Source: Tubulanus polymorphus
Lineage: Eukaryota > Animalia > Nemertea
DNA length: 64,000 nucleotides
NCBI RefSeq assembly: GCF_964204645.1
Contig: NC_134033.1
Coordinates: 7,324,655-7,388,654 of the forward strand
Reading direction: 5' to 3'
The position numbers were made by a program, and so were the translations under genes. The notes under the pieces are model-generated. The model was not told where the DNA came from. It made no database searches and saw nothing but the letters and a program-made list of their open reading frames with translations. Below are positions 1-9,404 of this stretch, in pieces. Position 1 is the first letter of the stretch; every line of letters begins with the position of its first letter.

Positions 1-65
1 ATTTGATTTACAAATAGCCTAGCCTCACCTAACCCAAACTCTATTCTTTGCGCGTTTGCAGATTA

Positions 66-130
66 TAGGAACTCCCGTACAGCGTTTTTAGGGAACTCAC
101 GTACGGCGTTTTTAGGGAACTCACGTACGG
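66..130. repeat. Short tandem repeat, ~24-bp unit (AGGGAACTCACGTACGGCGTTTTT) x ~2.7
   Basis: Directly visible repeated unit; probably the tail of an unrelated non-autonomous element cut by the window edge. Confidence 0.6.
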
Positions 131-282
131 TTAACCTGTGGATATCACCGTACAGTCACGTACGCGTAACAACTTCGTACTTAAAAAATGGTATTGGCTA
201 CTATATAATAGGCCTAGAAACAAATAAATACCGGTAGGCTTTCTTAGCTTCCACACTTCACAACCGAACCAACTGACCAACC

Positions 283-989
283 CACAGGGGCTTGTCACAA
301 TTTGATAATGAATGGATGATACCAGTATCCCTGTATAAAAAAGAAAAGGGAGCTAACTAAATCGACTATCTGTACATTACCTTCTCAATTCAATCGACTG
401 TCAACGACGCACAACAGTCTTATCCTTCAACTCGATGGTGATTTCAGGATATTTCTAAACATTCGGAGGCGTTACGAGCACAAATTCTCGAGAGAATTGA
501 AACAATGTCGACCACCGGCTTTCGATCTGTTTACGTTCATCGCAAGTCGAGTCACGTGACAGCAGTCACGATTTGCAGGCCGCTGATAGGTCCAAAATAA
601 ATATAATTTAAAAAAATAAGTTTAAAAATGCGTGCCAAAAAATAAATCAGCAAATCACTCAACCATAGTAAGGTGCGTAGTTGTTTTTTGAGATCTGTGT
701 ATAAGTAAATTAAGCGGTGAAATTATTTTTTAATGATCGGATGTTCCCGGAAATTTCCGTGCTAAGTTGCCGACCGCGGGGAATTTGAAATTTGATTTGA
801 CAGCTGGTAAAGTGAAACCACGCTGAAAGATGACTGGGCTTCTGATATCCATGGCTGTTTCCTGGTTAGTATCGATAATAGTCGGATTGTGTAGGCTTAC
901 GTACGGAGCATCTTCCAGACTTTATCTTTTCAAACCAAAAATTCCTCAAAGAGGGGCGATTTCTATTTTAGTGATTGTTTTACACAGGT
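283..989 (+). repeat. Left P arm, outer segment; inverted copy of 35476-36442 lacking ~250 bp (36071-36321)
   Basis: Near-identical reverse complement; ORF 830-1087 shares its first 53 aa with ORF 35635-34859. Confidence 0.92.
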
Positions 990-1129
990 CACAGGTTTTA
1001 TCACTTGGCAGAGGAGGTCCTCGACAAGGATATGTTACAGCTTATGTTGGAGTTCAAAGTAAGTTTTTTATTTCAATAATTCAATAGGCCTGTGCATTTT
1101 TTAAGTAAGCACAATCGATATAACACATG

Positions 1130-1589
1130 AGTAATAGGGATAATGGGCTTTCAGATCAAAGGTCGAACGGTCGAGCTCGTAAAAAATGAAAAACATAAAA
1201 ATAATAACAATTTATACTTGAATTACTCGCAAAACTCATAAAAATGAAAAATAAATTCTCACACGCTCGAATTTATTTTTCATTTTATGAGTTTCACTCC
1301 TAATTCAAGTATAAATTGTTATTATTTTTATGTTTTTCATTTTTACTCACCCGCCCGTTCAACCTTTAACCCGAAAGCCCATTATCCCTATTACTCTTAA
1401 AATATTCACATAAATGAATAACATTTAAATCATTGAACTTCTAAAATCAATTTTAATAAAAAATTTAGTATTAAAATGGAAGCAAATAAGTACTACTGCC
1501 CAACATGTAATATCAATATAGATAAATCTCAAAAAGCAAGACACAATAAAACTAAAACACATTTAGAGAATAAATTGAAACTAGAATAT
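1130..1589 (+). repeat. P1 left TIR (~460 bp); first 266 bp are an imperfect palindrome
   Basis: Reverse complement of 17335-17794 with about 8 mismatches by eye. Confidence 0.95.
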
Positions 1590-1727
1590 TTACAGTTATA
1601 TTCAGAACAGTTAACAAAAGGAAAGAAATTTATTGAATTATGGAATAATGATCCAAATAATGAACAATACGTTGAGGAATTTGATATCAAGGAATCGAAA
1701 CAATTTATCAAAAGCAACGAAGAATGA
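1476..1727 (+). CDS. Chimeric 83-aa ORF: pPolB N-terminal zinc finger (inside the TIR) fused to a copy of the HNH gene C-terminus
   Basis: First 38 aa match pPolB 1-38 (one change); the rest (LQLYSEQLTK...EEFDIK) repeats 2361-2477. Confidence 0.5.
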   Translation: MEANKYYCPTCNINIDKSQKARHNKTKTHLENKLKLEYLQLYSEQLTKGKKFIELWNNDPNNEQYVEEFDIKESKQFIKSNEE

Positions 1728-1805
1728 AAAAGGATGACGTTGGTCGAAGAAATGGAAGAGGATTATAAAATATTAACCAATTTAGTAAAAAAATACGTAT
1801 AATAA

Positions 1806-2480
1806 ATGGAACCAGAACAACCACAAACTATCAATATTACAAATAACACTGGCGTTATAAACATATATTACAAAAAGTGTTCTAAATGTGAATTAGATAA
1901 ATCATTAACAGAATTTAGTAAGCGCAAGACTAGCAAAGATGGTTTTCAATATTGCTGCAAAACTTGTTTTAAACTATATACCAAACAATACCGAGAAGAT
2001 AATAGAGAATCTTATAATGATTATATGACAGAATATATGAGAGGAAGATATCAAACAGATCTTAATTTTAGATTGAAACAATGTTTACGGTCTAGATAAA
2101 CACAATTATTCAACAAAGAAACACATTCAGAAACATTATCTAATTTATTGGGTTGTTCAGATGAATTTCTCAAATCATGGATTATATTTCAATTCGATGA
2201 TAAAATGAATATAGATAATTATGGGGATTATTACCATATTGATCACGTGTTACCAATATCTAAATTTAACATGAATGATGAATACAATAAAAAACTTATT
2301 TGGGGTTGGAAAAATTTAAGACCTTTAGAAAAGAAAGAAAATCAAATCAAATCTAATAAACTAGATTTACAGTTATATTCAGAACAGTTAACAAAAGCAA
2401 AGAAATTTATTGATCAATGGAATAATAATCCAAATAATGAACGATACGTTGAGGAATTTGATATCAAGGATCCGAAATGA
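1806..2480 (+). pseudogene. NCLDV-type HNH/EndoVII-like endonuclease with N-terminal CxxC zinc ribbon; in-frame TAA at 2097-2099
   Basis: ORFs 1806-2099 and 2148-2480 are in the same frame; motifs CSKC...CKTC, LGCS, NYG..YHIDH..P, NLRPL...EN..K.NK. Confidence 0.75.
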
Positions 2481-2787
2481 CTTATCTGGACAGTTATAAC
2501 TACTGCTCCTAATAGATGGCGCCATAAACAGCACCCACACAGTGATAGACAAAAGTAGTGAGATATCAAATAGAATTTAAATAAAATATAATAAAAATTA
2601 CATACCTTCAACTAGCTTGTGAATTCTATTATATTTTTAATATTTTCTTTTCAAAAAAGAATTTATATCACAAATAAAAAATACTAAAAAAACAATAACT
2701 AATACTAGAATTCTTTAGCTTTAACTAGCTAGTATCATTTGAAGAATACTTATAATATTTTTTTTTTGCTTTTTTCCTCTAATATAA

Positions 2788-3390
2788 ATGTCAAATAAAT
2801 CTAATAAGAATAATATTGATATTGAAAAGACATTAGATGATTTGGGTATTAGTGATAATAAAGATACAGTTGTTTCTAATTCTATTCAAGTTAATAACAA
2901 TATAGATTATGAATACTATTTATATTGTAAGCATCATCTAGAACTATTGATTGCGAGTGGAAAAACTAAAGAGTTTATTGGTAAAACAATAACTTTTCAA
3001 GAATTAGATAATATGAATAAAGAAAAAGTAATAAAATATTTTAAGATTTATGAAGAGTCAAGATTAGCTAGAATAAATGATTCTATTTCAGATGGTATTG
3101 TCAAATGTTATTCAAAATTATGTAACCAGTTAATACCAATTGATGATGAAAATAAATTATATAGTGATTTGAAAAATGACTACTTAGTTATGACTGAATT
3201 ACAAAAATGGGTCGGTTATGCTTCATTTCAATTAGGATCGGTTATGACATTGATTTCTACTGGCGTCATAACATTTTCGAATATCAAACCTATGGAATAT
3301 AAATCAGGTAAGAACGAAACAGATGTACTACAACCAAACGTCGAAACAGAAAATGAATCAGAACAAAAATTAACTAAAATAAATGAGTGA
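2788..3390 (+). CDS. Polinton hypothetical protein (200 aa), hydrophobic segment near C-terminus
   Basis: Long ORF in AT-rich DNA, T6-N9-TAAATG start. Confidence 0.7.
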   Translation: MSNKSNKNNIDIEKTLDDLGISDNKDTVVSNSIQVNNNIDYEYYLYCKHHLELLIASGKTKEFIGKTITFQELDNMNKEKVIKYFKIYEESRLARINDSISDGIVKCYSKLCNQLIPIDDENKLYSDLKNDYLVMTELQKWVGYASFQLGSVMTLISTGVITFSNIKPMEYKSGKNETDVLQPNVETENESEQKLTKINE

Positions 3391-3778
3391 TAGCGTTAAG
3401 AAAAAGGCTAGATCCGAGAAACAAATTAAATGGGCAAGAGAATTAGGTAAAAGATCATCATAATTAAAAAAAGCTAAGAAAAAGAAATTAACTGATATAA
3501 ATGAATCACAGAAATTATCTGATGGTGCCGTACAGCACCCACACGGTGGTATTGATTCAAATGATAATCCATCTAATTCTTCTAATGCTGGAAGTAATTA
3601 TAAATTATATATTACAATTGGATTAGTAACAGTAATTATATTATCCGGTGTAATATATAAATCAAAATTCAAATCTGATGATAAAGATGATTCCAATGAC
3701 AATAAACCTATTATACCAGAAAATAAGTCAAATCATAAATCAAATGAAAATAAATCTAAAATATTATTAATGGATTAA
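3383..3778 (+). pseudogene. Basic N-terminus / single-TM Polinton protein, in-frame TAA at 3461-3463 (not in ORF track)
   Basis: TAAATG start, MSDSVKKKARSEKQIKWARELGKRSS*LKKAKKKK...YITIGLVTVIILSGVIY...MD*. Confidence 0.6.
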
Positions 3779-3781
3779 AAT

Positions 3782-4870
3782 ATGATGAAAAAAGAACAAT
3801 ATTTAAGAGATTTATATTATAACCCAGAAAGTGAAGTTTCATATTCAAGTGTTTCGGAATTATGGGATAAAATTCAATCTGATAAAGAAAAAATAAAATA
3901 TAGCGAATTAAAATCATGGTTACAAAATCAACCCACATATCAAATTCATAAAAAGATGGATAAAACTTATCTAACAAGAAAAGTTATGGTTTCATATATC
4001 GATCAACAATGGCAAGCTGATTTAATTGACATGAAAAACTTAGAAGAATATAACAAAGGATATTTTTGGATACTAAATGTTATAGATATATTCAGTCGAT
4101 ACGCATGGTCAATTCCAATCAAAAATAAAACTGGAATAGAAGTTTCAAATGCTTTTAAATCTATATTTAAAGAAGCTATCCCAGATAAGATACAATTTGA
4201 TGAAGGTAAAGAATTTTATAACAAACATTTTAAAAAACTATTAACTGATAACGATGTAGAATATTTTTCAACACATTCAGATAAAAAAGCATCTGTTATA
4301 GAAAGATTTAATAAAACATTGAAAACTAGAATGTGGAAATATTTCACCGCTAATGAAACATACAAATATATCGATGTGTTAGATGATTTAGTTAAAGGTT
4401 ATAATAATTCTAAACATAGTTCTATAAATATGAAACCTATACAAGCTAGAAAAGAAGAAAATTCAGAAATAGTTTGGAATAATTTATATGGAGCATTTGT
4501 TACACATGATTTTGGAGAACCTAAATTTAAAATAGGACAACATGTTAGAATTTCTAAATATCGAAAAACATTTTATAAAGGTTATACCCCTAATTTTACT
4601 GAAGAAATATTTAAAGTTAAAAAGATAATATTAACTAAACCATTTGTTTATAAATTGTTCGATTTAAAAGATGAAGAAATATTAGGTTATTTTTATGAAC
4701 AAGAATTATCATTAGTACCAAATCCAGATGAAATAGAATACAAAATAGAAAAGGTATTAAAAACTAAAACTCTTAAAGGAAAAAAGTATTCTTTGGTGAA
4801 ATATAAAGGATATGATGATAAATTTAATGAATGGATTTTATCTAGTAAAATTAAAAGAATAAATGAATAA
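3782..4870 (+). CDS. int: Retroviral-type (RVE) integrase with C-terminal chromodomain
   Basis: WQADLIDM, VIDIFSRYAW, QFDEGKEF, SVIERFNKTLK (DDE); YKIEKVL...VKYKGY...NEWI chromodomain. Confidence 0.95.
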   Translation: MMKKEQYLRDLYYNPESEVSYSSVSELWDKIQSDKEKIKYSELKSWLQNQPTYQIHKKMDKTYLTRKVMVSYIDQQWQADLIDMKNLEEYNKGYFWILNVIDIFSRYAWSIPIKNKTGIEVSNAFKSIFKEAIPDKIQFDEGKEFYNKHFKKLLTDNDVEYFSTHSDKKASVIERFNKTLKTRMWKYFTANETYKYIDVLDDLVKGYNNSKHSSINMKPIQARKEENSEIVWNNLYGAFVTHDFGEPKFKIGQHVRISKYRKTFYKGYTPNFTEEIFKVKKIILTKPFVYKLFDLKDEEILGYFYEQELSLVPNPDEIEYKIEKVLKTKTLKGKKYSLVKYKGYDDKFNEWILSSKIKRINE

Positions 4871-5477
4871 AGATTTGTTTATATTTAAACCACATAATAT
4901 GTTAATAACTGGAGTTACAAATTGTGGTAAAACACACTTCATATTATATTTATTAGAAACTATTTATAAAAATCATTTCGATAATATAATATTATTCTGC
5001 CCAACTTATGAAATGAATGAAACGTATAATAGAGATATAGTTTTTAAAGATAAAAAGTTTATTATATTAGACCCTAAAACAGTAAAAGATAATTTAGATA
5101 ATTGTATAAAAATTGCATTAGATATTTATAAAGGATCAAATACATTATTTATTATTGATGATTGCGCAAATTTACATGATTCTAAAATTAGAGAAAGTGA
5201 GTTATGTTATTTAGCTTTCTCTGGAAGACATTTTGGGATAACAACATGGGTTTTAAATCAAAAATATAATTCAATTGTTAAAGACTTTAGAGAAAACATT
5301 AGATTTCTAGTTTTATTTTATAACAAAGATAAAAAATCTATGCAACAATCATTGGAAGAAAATCAAATTATACCTACTGAATTACATGATGAGTATATGA
5401 ATAAATTAAAGAATAATAAAGGTTCAAAATTATTAATGAGACTACAATTTCCATATGAATATAAATTTATAAAATAA
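4863..5477 (+). CDS. A32-like FtsK/HerA genome-packaging ATPase
   Basis: Walker A GVTNCGKT, Walker B FIIDD, SGRH motif; Polinton context. Confidence 0.9.
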   Translation: MNKDLFIFKPHNMLITGVTNCGKTHFILYLLETIYKNHFDNIILFCPTYEMNETYNRDIVFKDKKFIILDPKTVKDNLDNCIKIALDIYKGSNTLFIIDDCANLHDSKIRESELCYLAFSGRHFGITTWVLNQKYNSIVKDFRENIRFLVLFYNKDKKSMQQSLEENQIIPTELHDEYMNKLKNNKGSKLLMRLQFPYEYKFIK

Positions 5478-5485
5478 CTATTTGT

Positions 5486-5634
5486 ATACCTATGTATTAG
5501 ATACCCTAATACCTATGTATTAGATACCCTAATACCTATGTATTAGATACCTTAATACCTAATACCCCATTAGATACCTTAATACCTAATACCCCATTAG
5601 ATACCCTAATACCTGATACCCTATTAGATACCTT
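5486..5634. repeat. Tandem repeat (~23-bp ATACCTATGTATTAGATACCCTA and variants) between convergent genes
   Basis: Directly visible. Confidence 0.85.
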
Positions 5635-5689
5635 AAATAATTAAAACCTTTTTTTATTTACTATTATTTTATACAATTTTCAACTTTTA

Positions 5690-6598
5690 TTATTCGAGTG
5701 TTAGATAATTACTTTCTGAATCACTTTCACTATCAGACCCTAACAACATATTTAAATGCTCTACCGAATTTTCTTCTTCAAATTCTTCATTATTTTTATA
5801 CTTATTCTTCACCCTTTTTACCGCATCATCAATAATTGTTTCATTTTTAAACTTATTCATCCTTTCTATTATATCATCAATAGTTTCTTCTTTATGTTTC
5901 ATAGAATCTTTATTATCAATATGTTTATCTGTAATTATATCACCATGTGGGCGTATGGTACCATTTTCATTATCATCTTTATTAGTGTTTGCTCCTAATA
6001 TTTCATTTACAGTGTTTGATCCTAATATTTCATTAGCATCGGTTAAATCTAATTCATCTTTATTAGGTGTTGTTAATAATAAATCTTCATATATTTTTTC
6101 ACCATTTACTTTTTTATTTGAAACAAATTTTGTAACATATCTAAATGGGTGTTCTATAAATTCTCTTAAACCAACACGTTCTATAACATTAGTAATATGT
6201 ACCTTTGTATTCATATGTTTATTCCAATTTGATGGAGCATTTGAAAATTCACCATTACAATAACCACAATAATTTCTATTTTCACTAACATCTTATATTA
6301 TTTTATTATTAGATGTAGTAGGTATTACAGATGTAGTAGGTATTACAGATGTAGTAGGTATTACAGATGTAGTAGTAGGTATTACAGGTGTAGTAGGTAT
6401 TACATTATTATCAATTACACTATTATTAACAACACCACTTTTATTATTACGTTCAATTAAATATTCTTTGTATTGATTTAATTCATTTAATAAAAATGTT
6501 CCAATATATTCATTTATTCTTTTATAAGGTATTACATAATACAAATCATCATTGATTTCTTTATCAGCTTTGATTCTTTCATATACTTTACCTTCCAT
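5690..6598 (-). pseudogene. Zinc-finger protein with VIPTTS repeats; in-frame TAA at 6293-6295 splits it into two track ORFs
   Basis: Read-through gives DVSENRNYCGYCNGEFSNAPSNWNKHMNTKVH (C2H2-type) in frame with 6214-5690; 18-bp coding repeats ~6310-6400. Confidence 0.65.
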
Positions 6599-6630
6599 TT
6601 ATTATATATATTTTTATTAAAGTTAAAATT

Positions 6631-7880
6631 TTAATACATAACACTATCTAATTGTGAATTTACAATATTTAATTGCGCGTCAGATATAATATAAATATGC
6701 ATTTTAAAATTTTTGATTCCCTTTTTCTTTGTCATGAATAATTGTATTCCATCTTTAGTGTTCTGTAGTTTTTTTCCAGAACCATGTAATGAATTATCCT
6801 CTGTTGTTCTAAAATCTAACCATAATGCATATTTATTACCGGTATAATAATCAATTTGATTAATGTTACAATTTTCAAATGATTTAATTTTTTCATTCAT
6901 AAAATGTTTTTTAATTTCTACCCATTGATCAATCATTCTCATTCCTTGACAAAATATTTTATTTGCTATACCTTCGATAGTTATTTCTACTTTTGTTATT
7001 TCAGGATTATAATAATTATCAACATTTATTGCACCATTAGTATACGTTCCAATGGTAAAAAATATTAATATACCTTTAATAGATCTTCTAGGGAAGTTAA
7101 TATTCTCATTAATTTTTTCATCATTTGCATTAATAGTTACAGTTTTAAATTTATCAATATAATCATATAATAATGAAAACCCTTGATTGTATTGAGTTTG
7201 AATTATACTTGAAATATTTTCATCAGTTACCGTATCATATTCTAAACATATATTCGATAATTTATAACTCATATCTTTATTAACGCTAGATAATACAATT
7301 TCATTTACAGGAGCAAATGTTATCTCAAATATAATATCTTCTTGAATTGCGTATTTATATAAAGGTGCATTATTATTTATCAATTCAAAATCTAATGGAA
7401 TTTTATATTTGCTTCCATATATACTTTTTATCAATTTATCTACATCATTAGTTAATATTGCGCTATTAGCTTCTGATCTTAATTTATTTTGGTTTTCTGA
7501 TTGAATTCCTTGAAATATCATATTATTTCTATTTTCTTAAGTTAACCATAAATCTTTATAATGCATAAATAAATTATAATCATCTAATGAGAAAACTGTT
7601 TCTGGACCAATCTTTATTGTTAACTTTTTAATCAAATATCTTCCAACATTATCAACAACATAATTATTATTATTACCGGCTACTGTTATATCGGCTGATA
7701 AATAAATACTGTTTGGAACATAAAAAGTATTTTGTGTTAATCTAGGAATTCTAACATATAAAGTTTCATCGGGATTAATATTTGAAGGGTTATGAGTAAT
7801 TATATGATGTGATCTTTCTGCTTTAATAGCATTAGATATTCTATGATTCTTCGAAGGACTTATATATAACTCCCACTCAT
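6631..7880 (-). pseudogene. Major capsid protein (double jelly-roll, inferred), inactivated
   Basis: Colinear with the intact P2 copy 52460-53707; 2-bp TA insertion near codon 6 and AAA>TAA at 7537-7539; size and beta-rich character fit a Polinton MCP. Confidence 0.72.
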
Positions 7881-7921
7881 TTATTTAACAAAAAAATAAA
7901 TAATTAATTTTTTATCATGGT

Positions 7922-9388
7922 TTACTTGATATTTTTTGATATCATATTTACTAAACCAAAAATAATAGCACTTACAACTGTAATTAAAAATAAAATAATA
8001 TGTTCAGCAGCAAAGTTAAGAATATTACCTGCAGATTTCAATATAAAACCAACAATTGAAGCAATAACTCCTGGCAATGCTGCAGCAGATTTTTTAGATA
8101 GTTCCCATAAATATTTTGCTAATTTCTTTAAACCATCCTTAACTTTATCTTGTATAGAATTATTACCTGGAGGTTTATCTGGTTTATTGGGAGTAGGAGT
8201 AGATTTCAGTGAATTTGATATAGCTAAACCTATTGTTGTGAATAACATAGTTACAGCTGTTAGAATTGAAAGAACTGTTATTCCTTCAAACTTAAATAAT
8301 AATTTTATTCTATCTTTTAGTGATATGTCAGAATTTGGTTTTAGTATTAACTCTTTAACAACAACTTTTAATCTATTGATACAATAATCGTATGATTTTA
8401 ATAATAATTTCATTTTTTCTTTCTGAAATTCTATGTTATATTCTAAATCATCAATTTCTTTTTCTAAATATGCATTTCTTTTTTTAAATTCAATTTCTTC
8501 AATAACTTTAAATTCTCTATCTAATTTTAATTGTTCTAATTCTTTTCTGGTGTCAAATAATTTATTTTCTAAAGGTTTAATTTTATTATATCTAATATGT
8601 TTTTCGCGAGCAATTTTATCGGCATCATTTCGTATACTTATTATTTCTCTAATTGTTTTTTTAGAAAACATACTTAAAGCTTCTATTTCTTGATCTGTTG
8701 CATCAAGTAATCCATTCGGTAAAAGTTTTTCAGTTTGAACTTCAGTGTTTGATTTAAGTTTACTAGTTTTGGAAGTTTTATTCTGTTCAGAAGTTGTTTC
8801 TGTTTCTGGATTATCTTTGATTGTTTCAAATAACTTATTAATTCTTTGTTTAAATACTCTTTTATTTTTATCAGTTAATAATTCTTGTGTTACATCTTCT
8901 ATTTCATTACCATTTCTTATTATTTTAATTCTAGATAGTAATGAGTCAGACTTAAGCAAAGTTGATTCTGCTACTATTTTACTTAGTCTTGTATTTTGAT
9001 TAGTGATATTAATATAATAATCATCTTTCAAATGATAATAATATTCACCATCTAAAAACTTTAAATCTTGTTCTAAAAGTCTGGCGCCTCTATTATTTAT
9101 ATTATATCCAGAATCTTTAAATACATGTTGAAAATCATACATAAATTCATAATTTTCAAAATTTTCTCTTTCTAAACCTTGATTTAAATTTTCAGGAGGT
9201 ATTCTCGACCTAGTTCTTCCATCGAATTCATCTGTTGATGGGGCTTTAGAACCACTATCTGCTAAATTAGAATTATATGCTGATTCATCATCATTATCAA
9301 TATTAGTTTCTGCATCATTATAATCATCATCAATATATCCTTCATTATTATTTCCCATGTCATCAAATGGAATATCTTCTACATCCAT
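7922..9388 (-). CDS. Polinton protein: acidic N-terminus, coiled coil, C-terminal hydrophobic/amphipathic helices (488 aa)
   Basis: Intact ORF; homolog at 53748-55211. Confidence 0.85.
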   Translation of the reverse strand: MDVEDIPFDDMGNNNEGYIDDDYNDAETNIDNDDESAYNSNLADSGSKAPSTDEFDGRTRSRIPPENLNQGLERENFENYEFMYDFQHVFKDSGYNINNRGARLLEQDLKFLDGEYYYHLKDDYYINITNQNTRLSKIVAESTLLKSDSLLSRIKIIRNGNEIEDVTQELLTDKNKRVFKQRINKLFETIKDNPETETTSEQNKTSKTSKLKSNTEVQTEKLLPNGLLDATDQEIEALSMFSKKTIREIISIRNDADKIAREKHIRYNKIKPLENKLFDTRKELEQLKLDREFKVIEEIEFKKRNAYLEKEIDDLEYNIEFQKEKMKLLLKSYDYCINRLKVVVKELILKPNSDISLKDRIKLLFKFEGITVLSILTAVTMLFTTIGLAISNSLKSTPTPNKPDKPPGNNSIQDKVKDGLKKLAKYLWELSKKSAAALPGVIASIVGFILKSAGNILNFAAEHIILFLITVVSAIIFGLVNMISKNIK

Positions 9389-9404
9389 TTACATAATAAA
9401 AAAA

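Noticed and set aside
1806-7880. TAA recoding (alternative genetic code), since four P1 genes have in-frame TAA
   Set aside because: TAA is also the normal terminator of most P1 genes, the homologous P2 MCP codon is AAA, and frameshifts co-occur; simple decay explains it
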